Source: Candidatus Woesearchaeota archaeon
GTDB taxonomy: Archaea > Nanobdellota > Nanobdellia > Woesearchaeales > GW2011-AR15
Length of the DNA stretch: 33,328 nt
Direction: 5' to 3'
NCBI GenBank assembly: GCA_038874655.1
Contig: JAVZBY010000010.1
Coordinates: forward strand, 1-33,328
The translations under genes were made by a program, and so were the position numbers. Position 1 is the first letter of the stretch, and each line of letters begins with the position of its first letter. Below the pieces are notes generated by a model. The model saw only the letters and a program-made list of their open reading frames with translations, searched no databases and was not told the DNA's origin. Positions 10,008-19,117 of this stretch are shown one piece after another.

Positions 10008-11425
10008 AAAAAAAAGAGATTTTTTTAATTAAATTTTTTTTAATATTTTGTCTATTCTTAGTTTTAAATAGAGATGTTCTTAGTATTGGTGTTGCTCCTT
10101 CAAAAATTGATTTATTTTTTGAGCCAAATACAGAAACAGAAGTAAATCTAAGAATTATTAATAATGAAAAAAAAGACACTGAATTAATTATTTTTGCAAA
10201 GGGAGATTTAAAAAATTATATTAGTTTTGAAAATGAAAAAATTTTCATAAGCGAAAATGAATATGAAAAAAATATAAAATATAGAATAAAATTTCCACAA
10301 AAATTAAATCCTGGGAAAATAATTGGGGAAATATGGATAATAGAGAGTTCGGATAAGGAAAAAGAAGCTAACCTAATTGCAAATTTAGGTGTTATTCATA
10401 AAATATATGTACATGTACCTTATCCAGATGAATTTTTAGAAGGTATTTTATATGTTAGTGAGTCAAAACCAGGAGAAAAAGTAATTTTCACAATTTCTTT
10501 AACTAATCTTGGAAGTAGTGATTTAAATAAAATTGAAGGACAAATTATTATTAAAGAAAATGAAAAACCAATTGGTAAGGTTATTACAGATAAGATCTCT
10601 TTGAAAAAAAAAGAAAAAGGTAAAATAACTGGAACATGGGCATATGCTAACTCTGCTGGAAAATACCATGCTGAAGCAATTATAGAATATGATAATGGAA
10701 AAATTTTGATGTTAGAAAAAGAATTCATTGTTGGTGAACCTTTAATAAACATTGAAGATATAAAAATTGGTAAATTTACTCTGGGTAGTATTGCTAAATT
10801 TGATATTACTTTAAAAAATAATTGGAATAACAAAATTGAAAAAATCTATACAACTACAGAAATAAGAGATGTATATGGTAGATTAATTAATACTTATAAT
10901 GCTCCATCTATTGATATTGAAAGTTATTCTTCTAAGGAAGTTAGTTCCTATTGGGATACTAAAGGAATTAATGAAGGTGATTTTAGTATTGGCATCACAA
11001 CAAATTATTTAGATAAAAAAACAGAAAAAGTTTATGAATTAAAATTAGGAAAAAATGAAATAAAAATAAAAGATACTTTAACTGGAAAGGTTATTGAAGA
11101 AAATAATGAAGAAAATAATTTAATACCCTTTTTAATAGGAATTATAATTATTTTAATTTTTGTTTTAATTATTATAATATTAGGTTTGAAGAAAAATAAA
11201 GAAATAAAAACCAAAGAAATTTCAAATAGAGATAGAATAACTGAAAAAATAGAAACCAAAAAAGAAACAAAATCAGATGTCATGGAATATATTAGATATA
11301 ATTTAAAAGAGGGTATTAGTATAAGTGCAATTAAGAAAAAATTATTAGAAAAGGGTTATGATGAAAAAACAATTGATTCTTTAATATTGGAAATTGAAGA
11401 CGAAATAAGAGAAGAAAAAATTTAG
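10004..11425 (+). CDS. Membrane-anchored hypothetical protein (signal peptide, Ig-like/CARDB-like beta domains, one TM helix, small cytoplasmic helical domain)
   Basis: ATGA overlap with the giant gene; N-terminal MKKK + hydrophobic stretch; TM LIPFLIGIIIILIFVLIIIILGL followed by KKNK; C-terminal YIRYNLKEGISISAIKKKLLEKGYDEKTID. Confidence 0.8.
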   Translation: MKKKEIFLIKFFLIFCLFLVLNRDVLSIGVAPSKIDLFFEPNTETEVNLRIINNEKKDTELIIFAKGDLKNYISFENEKIFISENEYEKNIKYRIKFPQKLNPGKIIGEIWIIESSDKEKEANLIANLGVIHKIYVHVPYPDEFLEGILYVSESKPGEKVIFTISLTNLGSSDLNKIEGQIIIKENEKPIGKVITDKISLKKKEKGKITGTWAYANSAGKYHAEAIIEYDNGKILMLEKEFIVGEPLINIEDIKIGKFTLGSIAKFDITLKNNWNNKIEKIYTTTEIRDVYGRLINTYNAPSIDIESYSSKEVSSYWDTKGINEGDFSIGITTNYLDKKTEKVYELKLGKNEIKIKDTLTGKVIEENNEENNLIPFLIGIIIILIFVLIIIILGLKKNKEIKTKEISNRDRITEKIETKKETKSDVMEYIRYNLKEGISISAIKKKLLEKGYDEKTIDSLILEIEDEIREEKI

Positions 11426-11459
11426 CTTTTTTATTAATTTTTTTTATTAATTTACTTTT

Positions 11460-12659
11460 TTATTTATTATGTACTATTTCAATTACATCTCTATGCTTTA
11501 ATAATTCGTCTTTTTTCATTGACATTTTTGTTTTTACATTAATTGCTCTTATGAAATTTTCACCCAAGTCAGTATGCAAATGATATGCAAAACTTAAAGC
11601 AGTTGTGTTAGGTGGCATTAAAAAACAATCTGGTAATCTTCTTCCTTGGGAATCTTCTAATTTATTTACACCACCTGGAAAAACAGCTATATACTTTAAT
11701 AAATCAAAAACAGCACTATTTAATACATCTTGAACACCTGTTGAGCCATATTTTTTTAAAATATTTTCTTTAATAAAGAAGAGTGCATTTTTTTGTTTTT
11801 CATTAAGTTTTTTTTCATCTATAATTGTAAAATCATTTTCTCCTGGAATGTATTTAATTAAACCATGTTTATTTGCTTCTTTTAATGCTAATTCTGCTTC
11901 TGCTGAACAAGGGATTATTTTATAATCTTGAAAATCTTGTTTTACTTTAAGATATTTTTCATATGCACCTGGCACATCAATTTTGTTTGCTGCAATTATT
12001 ATTGGTTTTGTTTGTTTTCTTAATTCTGTTGTTAATTTTTTTAAGTCATCTTCTGTCCAATTTAAAATGGGTTTTTCCAATAGGTTTAATTTTCTTAATT
12101 TTTCATTGACAATATCTTCATTTACTTTTAAACCAGAAAATTGTTTTGCAATTGCTTTAACAACATTTTCCTTTGTTTGATTTATTGCATAAGAAAATTT
12201 ACGCCAAACTCTTTGAAAGATTTGATAATACCACATATCTAGTTCATGTTCTAAAAATTTTATATCATTAGCTGGATCATAAGATAATTTTTCAATTGGC
12301 TCGCCTTTTTCATTTAAACTGCCAGAAATGTCTACCACATGGATTAATGCATCTGCTTGACTTAAATCATTTAAAAATTCCAAACCTAAACCTTTACCTT
12401 CATGAGCGCCTGGAACTAAGCCAGCTACATCCACAACTTGAACAGGAACAAATCTTTTATGCTCAATACAATAACCCTCTCTTGGATTACATTGTGTATT
12501 AAATTCCTTATCAACACAATCTATTTTTACAAAGCCAGTTCCAGAATTTGGTTTTATTGTTGTAAAAGGATAATTTGCAATTCCAACATCCATTAGTGTA
12601 AGTGCTTTAAAAAAAGTGCTTTTTCCTGCACTTGGTTTTCCTACTAAGCCGATAAACAT
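11460..12659 (-). CDS. ychF: Archaeal Obg-family YchF-like GTPase/ATPase with C-terminal TGS domain
   Basis: GLVGKPSAGKST (G1), NYPFTTIKPN (G2), DVAGLVPGAHEGKGLG..FL (G3), NKID (G4), TGS-like AYHLHTDLGENFIRAI. Confidence 0.9.
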   Translation of the reverse strand: MFIGLVGKPSAGKSTFFKALTLMDVGIANYPFTTIKPNSGTGFVKIDCVDKEFNTQCNPREGYCIEHKRFVPVQVVDVAGLVPGAHEGKGLGLEFLNDLSQADALIHVVDISGSLNEKGEPIEKLSYDPANDIKFLEHELDMWYYQIFQRVWRKFSYAINQTKENVVKAIAKQFSGLKVNEDIVNEKLRKLNLLEKPILNWTEDDLKKLTTELRKQTKPIIIAANKIDVPGAYEKYLKVKQDFQDYKIIPCSAEAELALKEANKHGLIKYIPGENDFTIIDEKKLNEKQKNALFFIKENILKKYGSTGVQDVLNSAVFDLLKYIAVFPGGVNKLEDSQGRRLPDCFLMPPNTTALSFAYHLHTDLGENFIRAINVKTKMSMKKDELLKHRDVIEIVHNK

Positions 12660-12714
12660 TTTAGTTGGAAGTTTTTTTGTAGTTATAAAGGTTTTTGTGA
12701 AAAATAAAGAAATA

Positions 12715-13815
12715 TTAGTAATCCATCAACCTAGTTTGTCTTTTTCCATCAATTTTTATAAAAGGCATTGCTTTTTCAATTCTACAACCGATTTTTTTTA
12801 ATTGCTCTTTTTTTGTTATTTTTTCTTTTTTTGTTTTATTGATTATTGCTTTTGCAGATTTTATTCCAATTCCGGGAATCCTTATCAATTCATCATATTC
12901 AGCTTCATTTATTTCAATGGGTTTGTCAAAATATTTTTTTGCCAATGCTATTTTTGGATCTTCATTTGGAAGCATTTCATTATCCATTATTTCATAAAAT
13001 TCTTTTAATTTAAAATTATATTCTCTCATTAGAAAATCAACATTATATAATCTGTTTTGTCTCTCTATTTTTTCAGGTTTATTGTTTTCCATTGGTGTTC
13101 CTTTTACTGGTTGAAATGCAGAATAATAAACTCTTTTTAATTTTAGATTTTCATATTCCCAGTTTGCCATTTTTAAAATTTCTTTATCTGTTGAAAGTTC
13201 ATTAATTATCATTTGTGTTGATTGTCCTGATTTTAGGTTTATTTTTGAGATATATGCTTGTTTTTTCAATAAATCATTATGATAATCTTTACAAGATGAA
13301 AGCTCAGATAAAACATTTTTATTTGGTGCTTCAATGTTAATACTCATTCTATTGCTTAATTCTGATGCTTGCTTTATTAAATAATTAGATGTTCCTGGCA
13401 AAACTTTAAAATGAATATAGCCCTTAAAATCATATTTATTTCTTATTATAGAAACAGACTCAATCATTTGTTCTGTTATTTTATCTGGGTTTCCTGCAAC
13501 AGCTGAGCTAATGAATAAACCTTTTACATCAAGATTTTTATGCAAATAATTAAATAATTTTGCTAATTCTTCTGGCTCATATTTTGCTTTTATTTTTGTG
13601 CATTTATTAGAGTTAATGCAATATTTACAATCAAAAGAGCAATTATTAGACATCAATGTCTTAAAAATTCTACATGTTTCATGTTCTGCTTTTGCATAAT
13701 ATATACCACCTAAACCTTTATTAACATTAACCTCACACATTTTAGGGCCGCAAGAATCATAATTAGCTGTTTTGCTAAGAATTTGCGCTTTTTCAAAAGT
13801 AGTTGAAACCTCCAT
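12715..13815 (-). CDS. Putative DNA modification/repair radical SAM protein with helix-hairpin-helix motif
   Basis: FKTLMSNNCSFDCKYC (CxxxCxxC); GLFISSAV, GYIHFKV.PG, RMSINIEAP, RVYYSAFQP, RQNRLY..DFLMREY family motifs; HhH INEA.YDELIRIPGIG.KSA; C-terminal QTRLMDY. Confidence 0.85.
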   Translation of the reverse strand: MEVSTTFEKAQILSKTANYDSCGPKMCEVNVNKGLGGIYYAKAEHETCRIFKTLMSNNCSFDCKYCINSNKCTKIKAKYEPEELAKLFNYLHKNLDVKGLFISSAVAGNPDKITEQMIESVSIIRNKYDFKGYIHFKVLPGTSNYLIKQASELSNRMSINIEAPNKNVLSELSSCKDYHNDLLKKQAYISKINLKSGQSTQMIINELSTDKEILKMANWEYENLKLKRVYYSAFQPVKGTPMENNKPEKIERQNRLYNVDFLMREYNFKLKEFYEIMDNEMLPNEDPKIALAKKYFDKPIEINEAEYDELIRIPGIGIKSAKAIINKTKKEKITKKEQLKKIGCRIEKAMPFIKIDGKRQTRLMDY

Positions 13816-13837
13816 AAAAAAATCAAGAAAAAAAGAA

Positions 13838-13885
13838 TTTAAATAGTTTATAAAAAAATGTCCAGTGGACTTTTGTCTAGTGGAT
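13838..13885 (-). promoter_or_regulatory. TATA box of the radical SAM-HhH gene plus two tandem palindromic operator-like sites
   Basis: Minus-strand AAACTATTTAAA about 28 bp before the ATG; GTCCA-G-TGGAC (13860-13870) and GTCTA-G-TGGAT (13875-13885) just upstream. Confidence 0.55.
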
Positions 13886-13896
13886 TAAAAATTTTG

Positions 13897-15051
13897 TTAA
13901 ACCTTATATTGCCTTAATTTTTCTCTAAATTCATATATTTCTGATAAATGCGGATTATTAGAGATTTCTGCTGCTCTAACCATCTCATCTGCGCCAAATT
14001 TTGATAAATGCGGATTTCCTAAAGGAATTTGCCACCATGTGCAAGAGTTAATTGCTTTTGCTAAAGCAAGCTCTGCTTCTTTATTACCTATAACATAGGG
14101 CTCAGTTAAATTATAAATTTGCCATAATAGATTATGTGGTTCTTTAAAAAAACCAGTGTCTTTCCATAATGGATAAAAATTGCCTTGTTTATATTGTTCT
14201 TGACTTGTGGACCAGCTTCCTTTTGGAATGTCTTCAACTTTTTTTTCAAATAAAAAATACAATTCTGATAAAGTTAATAATTTAATTTCTGGATGTTGTT
14301 TTAAAGCATCTAAAAAGTTTAACATAAAGAATTGCCAATAACCTTTTTTATGATGATTGAAGGTTTCTAAATCCATTGCTATAACTAAATAAGCATCATT
14401 ACCATTAGTCCAATTTTTTATTTGTTCCTTTAATTCTTTTGCAATTTCAAAACCATTTGAAAAAGGATTTGCTATTCTATCAAAACTCCAATATTTAGAT
14501 CTTAAAAAAACAACAAAAGGATTTTCTTGTTTATCTTGTAAAGGAGAAAAAGGAGAAATTAAATAATTATAAGGCGGATTTTTATTATGATGTGCAATAA
14601 AAGGAGGGTCATCTGTAATTGTCCAAAGATAACCTCTATTAATTAATAAAGGTATTAACTCTTGAGAAAAACCCATTTCAGGGAGAAAAAAACCATTTGG
14701 ATTATAGCTAGGAAAAACATCTTTCATATTTTTCTCTTGTAAATCTATTTGAAGATTTCTCATCCAATCGCTTATTAAAGGCATAAATGCATGATAAGCA
14801 GAGGTTCCTGTAAATTCTATTCTTTTTGTTTTTGTTAATTGCTCCAATAAAGCAATTAAATCATTATAATTGTAATGTTGAAATAATTCAACTAAAGACC
14901 AATTTACATTTAATGTTAATTTAAACCTTTCATCATTAAGTAAATCAGAAAATATAGGATTATAACTTTCTTGTGTAATTTGCTCTAAAACAGAAGGAAA
15001 TTGCCACCAAGGTTGATATGCATGTAACAAAAAAGCAATATTTAATTGCAT
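13897..15051 (-). CDS. Glycoside hydrolase family 57 protein
   Basis: HAYQP (CSR1), IEFTGTSAYHAFMPL, GFFLPEMGF (nucleophile Glu), AMDLETFNHH (acid/base Asp), SWS motif. Confidence 0.85.
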   Translation of the reverse strand: MQLNIAFLLHAYQPWWQFPSVLEQITQESYNPIFSDLLNDERFKLTLNVNWSLVELFQHYNYNDLIALLEQLTKTKRIEFTGTSAYHAFMPLISDWMRNLQIDLQEKNMKDVFPSYNPNGFFLPEMGFSQELIPLLINRGYLWTITDDPPFIAHHNKNPPYNYLISPFSPLQDKQENPFVVFLRSKYWSFDRIANPFSNGFEIAKELKEQIKNWTNGNDAYLVIAMDLETFNHHKKGYWQFFMLNFLDALKQHPEIKLLTLSELYFLFEKKVEDIPKGSWSTSQEQYKQGNFYPLWKDTGFFKEPHNLLWQIYNLTEPYVIGNKEAELALAKAINSCTWWQIPLGNPHLSKFGADEMVRAAEISNNPHLSEIYEFREKLRQYKV

Positions 15052-15092
15052 ATATAATATATAAAAAAATTTTTTTTTATATTTTTTTCTAA

Positions 15093-16571
15093 TTAATTAT
15101 ATAATAAATTATTCAATTTTTGTTTTAATTCATTAATTTTAACTCTTTCTTGTTTTGTGGTGTTTCTATCTCTTATTGTTATTGATTTATCTTCTAATGT
15201 TTCAAAGTCAATGGTAATACAATAAGGAATTCCAATTTCATCTGCCCTAGCATATCTTCTTCCAATTGAGCCAGATCTATCATAGATAGAAACAAAGTCC
15301 TTTTTTAGCATAAGATAAATTTCTAATGCTTGTTCTTCTAGTTTATTTACTAAAGGAAAAACAGCAATTTTTATTGGACTTAATTTAGGTTTAATTTTTA
15401 AAACCACATTACCCCTATCTTTATCTTCATTATATGCATCATACATTAAAGCTAAAAATGCTCTATCTACACCAAAAGAGGGTTCTATTACTTTAGGAAG
15501 GACTTTTTGTTTTGATTCTTCATCAAAGATTTCTAATGACTTTCCAGAATATTTCATATGCTGTGTTAAATCAAATTGGCCTCTGTCAGCATTTCCATGT
15601 ATTTCTTTCCAGCCAAACGGGAATTTATATTCAATGTCAAAAGTTGCAGTAGAATAATGCGATAATTCTTTTTTTAGGTGTTCCCTTATTCTAAGGTTTT
15701 CTTCTCTTATTCCTAAATCTATAAACCAAAGATAGGATTCAATTAACCAATATGCATGCCATTCTGATAATAATTTTTGTTTTATTAAATCTTTTAAAAT
15801 AACTTTTTTTTCTTCTTGTTTTTGTTCTTGGTCTTTTTCAGATAGAAATAAAAATTCTAATTCAAGATGTTTTTTAGATAATAAAGGGCATTTCTTTTCA
15901 TCTGGTTTAATAAAATATTCTAATTCCATTTGTTCAAATTCTCTTTGTCTAAATAAAAAGTTTCTTGGTGCAATTTCATTTCTAAATGCCTTTCCAATTT
16001 GTGCAATACCAAAAGGTAATTTAACTCTTGATGTTTCAATAACATTTTTAAATGCTGTAAAAATGACTTGTGCTGTTTCTCCTCTTAAATATGCTGTAGA
16101 ATCTTTATTAATATCTGCTCCAATTTGTAAAGGAAACATCAAATTAAAGGATTTGATTTCACTTAATTCTGAATTACATTCAGGGCATTTTAAATTATTG
16201 TCTTTTATTAATTTAGAGAGGGATTCTGCATTTAGTCCATCTACATTTATTTTTAATTTTTCTTCTACTAAATGATCTGCTCTAAAATGTTTATGGCATT
16301 TTTTACATTCAACTAATAAATCAGAAAAGCTTGATAAATGTCCTGAAGCTTCCCAAACTTTCTTATTTGTAATTAAAGAACCATCTATTCCTACAACATC
16401 ATCCCTATCTTGGACAAATGTTTTCCACCAATGGTTTTTTATGTTATTTTTTAGCTCAACACCTAAAGGACCATAATCATAAAAACCAGCTAAAGAACCA
16501 TAGATTTCTCCACTAGGATAAACAAAACCTTTTTTCTTGCAAAAAACTGCAAAATCATCTATTGATAACAT
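15093..16571 (-). CDS. glyS: Glycine--tRNA ligase (alpha2, archaeal/eukaryotic type)
   Basis: GFYDYGPLGVELKNNIK, VWEASGH, YLRGETAQ, QIGKAFRNEIAPR, REFEQMELEYF, VIEPSFGVDR, GSIGRRYARADEIG; RBS AAGGTGG upstream. Confidence 0.97.
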   Translation of the reverse strand: MLSIDDFAVFCKKKGFVYPSGEIYGSLAGFYDYGPLGVELKNNIKNHWWKTFVQDRDDVVGIDGSLITNKKVWEASGHLSSFSDLLVECKKCHKHFRADHLVEEKLKINVDGLNAESLSKLIKDNNLKCPECNSELSEIKSFNLMFPLQIGADINKDSTAYLRGETAQVIFTAFKNVIETSRVKLPFGIAQIGKAFRNEIAPRNFLFRQREFEQMELEYFIKPDEKKCPLLSKKHLELEFLFLSEKDQEQKQEEKKVILKDLIKQKLLSEWHAYWLIESYLWFIDLGIREENLRIREHLKKELSHYSTATFDIEYKFPFGWKEIHGNADRGQFDLTQHMKYSGKSLEIFDEESKQKVLPKVIEPSFGVDRAFLALMYDAYNEDKDRGNVVLKIKPKLSPIKIAVFPLVNKLEEQALEIYLMLKKDFVSIYDRSGSIGRRYARADEIGIPYCITIDFETLEDKSITIRDRNTTKQERVKINELKQKLNNLLYN

Positions 16572-16693
16572 AAAACCACCTTTAATTTAGTTTTAATTAT
16601 TATTAGATTCAAAGTATAGAATAAGTTTAAAGTAATAAATATTTATAAAAGTTTATATGAAATAAATCTGTTTTTACAAGTTAGTAATAAAAA

Positions 16694-16738
16694 CCGAAAG
16701 ATTTATATAGTAGTAATTATATACTACTTATTAGTAGT
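16694..16738 (+). promoter_or_regulatory. Consensus archaeal BRE-TATA promoter with overlapping inverted-repeat operator
   Basis: CCGAAA (16694-16699) + TTTATATA (16702-16709), followed by AGTAGTA-attata-TACTACT-tatt-AGTAGT. Confidence 0.7.
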
Positions 16739-16782
16739 TAAAATAAAAAAATTATAAAAATAAAGAAAAAAAGTGATGAAAA

Positions 16783-16875
16783 ATGAATTTGACTGAATTA
16801 TTAATTAATGAAAAACCTTCAGAAGAAGCAATTAAAAAAGCCAAAGAACTAGAAACTAAAGAATATTATTCATAA
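16783..16875 (+). CDS. Small ORF, 30 aa (MNLTELLINEKPSEEAIKKAKELETKEYYS), not in the ORF track
   Basis: Own consensus promoter, RBS-like GTGAT at 16773-16777, charged helix-like composition, downstream hairpin + T-tract. Confidence 0.55.
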   Translation: MNLTELLINEKPSEEAIKKAKELETKEYYS

Positions 16876-16911
16876 TCATCTTTTTCTAAAATCACCCACC
16901 CCCTCCGTGTT

Positions 16912-16940
16912 GGAGAGCTTAATGCTCTCCTAATTTTTTT
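16912..16940 (+). terminator. Hairpin + T-tract terminator between the small ORF and convergent rfcL
   Basis: GGAGAGC-ttaat-GCTCTCC followed by taa and T7. Confidence 0.6.
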
Positions 16941-16963
16941 AGGTTATTTTTATTCTTAGATGA

Positions 16964-18253
16964 TTATTTCATCAAGTATGCTATTTCTTCATTGTCTAAT
17001 TCTAAAAACTCTGCTAGTTTTTCACCTTTACCTTTTTTAAAGATTAATTTTATGTATGGGAATATTGTTTTTAATGCTTCTTTTGTTGAAGTATGTGTTT
17101 TTAGAGCTATTTTTTCTGCAATTGACTTTTTCTTAGCATTTTTTTGATTATAAATCCACTGATTTAAAATCCTAGAAGTTCTAGTATATTTAGTGAAACC
17201 AGAGTATTTTTCTTTTTTTGATAATGCAATTCCTACTGTAAGCAGATAATTTACATAAACTAAGAAATGCCAGTGTTGCCATCTAATAATTCTGCCTCTA
17301 AATACATCTGCATAACTTAAATTACTATAGGCTTTTGATAAATCTTCTATTTTTATATATTCTTTTGGTAGGTTTTCATCAACCCATAAAAATATTTCAT
17401 CTATATCCTCATCTACTTCTTCTATAGAGTTTAAAGCTATTTCTGGATCACTTGTTTTAAAGATTCTCATCAATGCATTTATCATTGATTCTGTTTGTTT
17501 TCTATCAGAAAGCACATCTAAATCTTGTTTTTTTAATTTTCGTGTATGCTCTGTTAATACTTGTAAATCTGTTATAGCGCCTCTCAAATCTCCACCAGAT
17601 CTTCTTGCAAGAGAAGACAAAACACTTTCTTCATAATCTATTTTTTCTTCATATGCTATTTTTTTTAAAATTGTCAAAATTGAGAGATAATTTAAAGAAT
17701 GAAATTCTATTAATTCTGATTTTTGTCTTAAAGTTGAGAATTTTTGATCAAATATTTCATTTGCAGTCAGTATTATTGGAAATGTGGATTTTTCAATTAA
17801 TTTCATAATTTCTGATAAGCCACCTCTATCTGATGTTCCAGAGATGCCATCTATTTCGTCAATTAGAATTATTTTTTTATTTCCAAATAAAGAAATTTGG
17901 TTTATTGCATTCCCTAACTTTTCTTTTATGGATTCTGCATCTCTAACATCAGAAGCATTTACTTCAATTAGTTCATAATTAAATTCATTTGCTATTGCAT
18001 AAACTGAACTTGTTTTTCCAGAACCAGTTGGCCCATATAATAATGCTGATTTACCTTTTTTAAAATTTTTTATAAAATTGACTAGTTTTTCTAATGCTAA
18101 ATTTTGTCCTTGAATGTCTCTAATTGATTTAGGATAATATTTTATTGTCCAAGGCAAATTCTCTATATTTTTATCATCAGATTTTTTTTTATCAACTTGT
18201 TGTGTTTTATTTTCTGTTTTATATTCTATTGCTTCTGTTTTATATTGATGCAT
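16964..18253 (-). CDS. rfcL: Replication factor C large subunit
   Basis: LPWTIKYYPKS, Walker A GPTGSGKT, IEVNASDVR, Walker B ILIDEID, GDLRGAITDLQ, WVDENLP, LSYADVFRGRI, HTS motif. Confidence 0.93.
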   Translation of the reverse strand: MHQYKTEAIEYKTENKTQQVDKKKSDDKNIENLPWTIKYYPKSIRDIQGQNLALEKLVNFIKNFKKGKSALLYGPTGSGKTSSVYAIANEFNYELIEVNASDVRDAESIKEKLGNAINQISLFGNKKIILIDEIDGISGTSDRGGLSEIMKLIEKSTFPIILTANEIFDQKFSTLRQKSELIEFHSLNYLSILTILKKIAYEEKIDYEESVLSSLARRSGGDLRGAITDLQVLTEHTRKLKKQDLDVLSDRKQTESMINALMRIFKTSDPEIALNSIEEVDEDIDEIFLWVDENLPKEYIKIEDLSKAYSNLSYADVFRGRIIRWQHWHFLVYVNYLLTVGIALSKKEKYSGFTKYTRTSRILNQWIYNQKNAKKKSIAEKIALKTHTSTKEALKTIFPYIKLIFKKGKGEKLAEFLELDNEEIAYLMK

Positions 18254-18370
18254 AATTATAAAAAAAAAGAATAGATTTATAAGAATTTTTAATTTAAATG
18301 CTTAATTTTAATCTGATGTTTTTTATTAAAAAAAGAGATAATAAAATATTAGAAATATCTATTCATATTT

Positions 18371-19060
18371 TTAAATTTTTGATGTTTTTTTACATACAAA
18401 GAAAGCATGATCAGCTTCAAAAGGATCCAATGTTCTATAATCTACAACATTAAGCTTTTTTTCTAATTCTTGCCTAATTAATGAATAAATTTCCTTTGGT
18501 TTTTTTGTAATGTCTATACTTCTAGATTTTACAGCCAATAACGCAAAACCATTTTCTTTTAAAAATAAATCACAATTTTTTAAAAAGATCTCTGCTTGAT
18601 TTCTCTGCGCAACATCCATATAAACAATATCTACTTTTGTTATTCTATGTTTGTATGTTTCTGGTTGATTTGCATCTGCTAAAATAGGAGTTATATTTTT
18701 TCTTTTTTCACATAAAAAAACTAAATCTCTAACAACTCTTGGAGCAAAGTCCAATGCAAAAATAAAACCATTTTCACCTATGATATCAGACAAAAAACTA
18801 GGAGTATATCCGTGTGAAGCACCTAAATAAAGTATTTTATTACCTTCCTTAATACCAATTTGAGAAATTTCTTTCATAAGAGCAGCTGCTAATTTACTTC
18901 TTTTTGGATCCCAATATCTATATTCATTTTGTGCTTCTCTCTCTATATTTTCATCAAAGAATTTCAACCCTGGTGTTAAATTTTTTGTAAATAATTTAAT
19001 TCTGCCTTTATTATCTTTTTTGTAATAAATGTTAGGAAATTTAGGATTGAATAATTGCAT
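18371..19060 (-). CDS. flpA: Fibrillarin-like rRNA/tRNA 2'-O-methyltransferase
   Basis: YRYWDPKRSKLAAA, ILYLGASHGYTPS.LSDI, NITPILADA, DVAQRNQ, KSRSID, LDPFEADH; RBS GGTGAT. Confidence 0.96.
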   Translation of the reverse strand: MQLFNPKFPNIYYKKDNKGRIKLFTKNLTPGLKFFDENIEREAQNEYRYWDPKRSKLAAALMKEISQIGIKEGNKILYLGASHGYTPSFLSDIIGENGFIFALDFAPRVVRDLVFLCEKRKNITPILADANQPETYKHRITKVDIVYMDVAQRNQAEIFLKNCDLFLKENGFALLAVKSRSIDITKKPKEIYSLIRQELEKKLNVVDYRTLDPFEADHAFFVCKKTSKI

Positions 19061-19117
19061 TTTATCACCATTTTATAGGATTATAAAAAGATTTTATCAT
19101 TTTTATTTTATTCTTTT

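Noticed and set aside
16773-16825. Possible C/D-box guide RNA (GTGATGA...CTGA) near nop5/fibrillarin
   Set aside because: C and D' boxes are present, but there is no convincing C'/D pair and no recognisable rRNA-complementary guide; an RBS plus ORF explains it better. A snoScan run would settle it.
16857-16906. Minus-strand GGAGG/GGTGAT acting as RBS for a 7-aa ORF (MIMNNIL)
   Set aside because: The ORF is trivial, the spacing is long and no promoter is evident; the plus-strand unit has complete signals.
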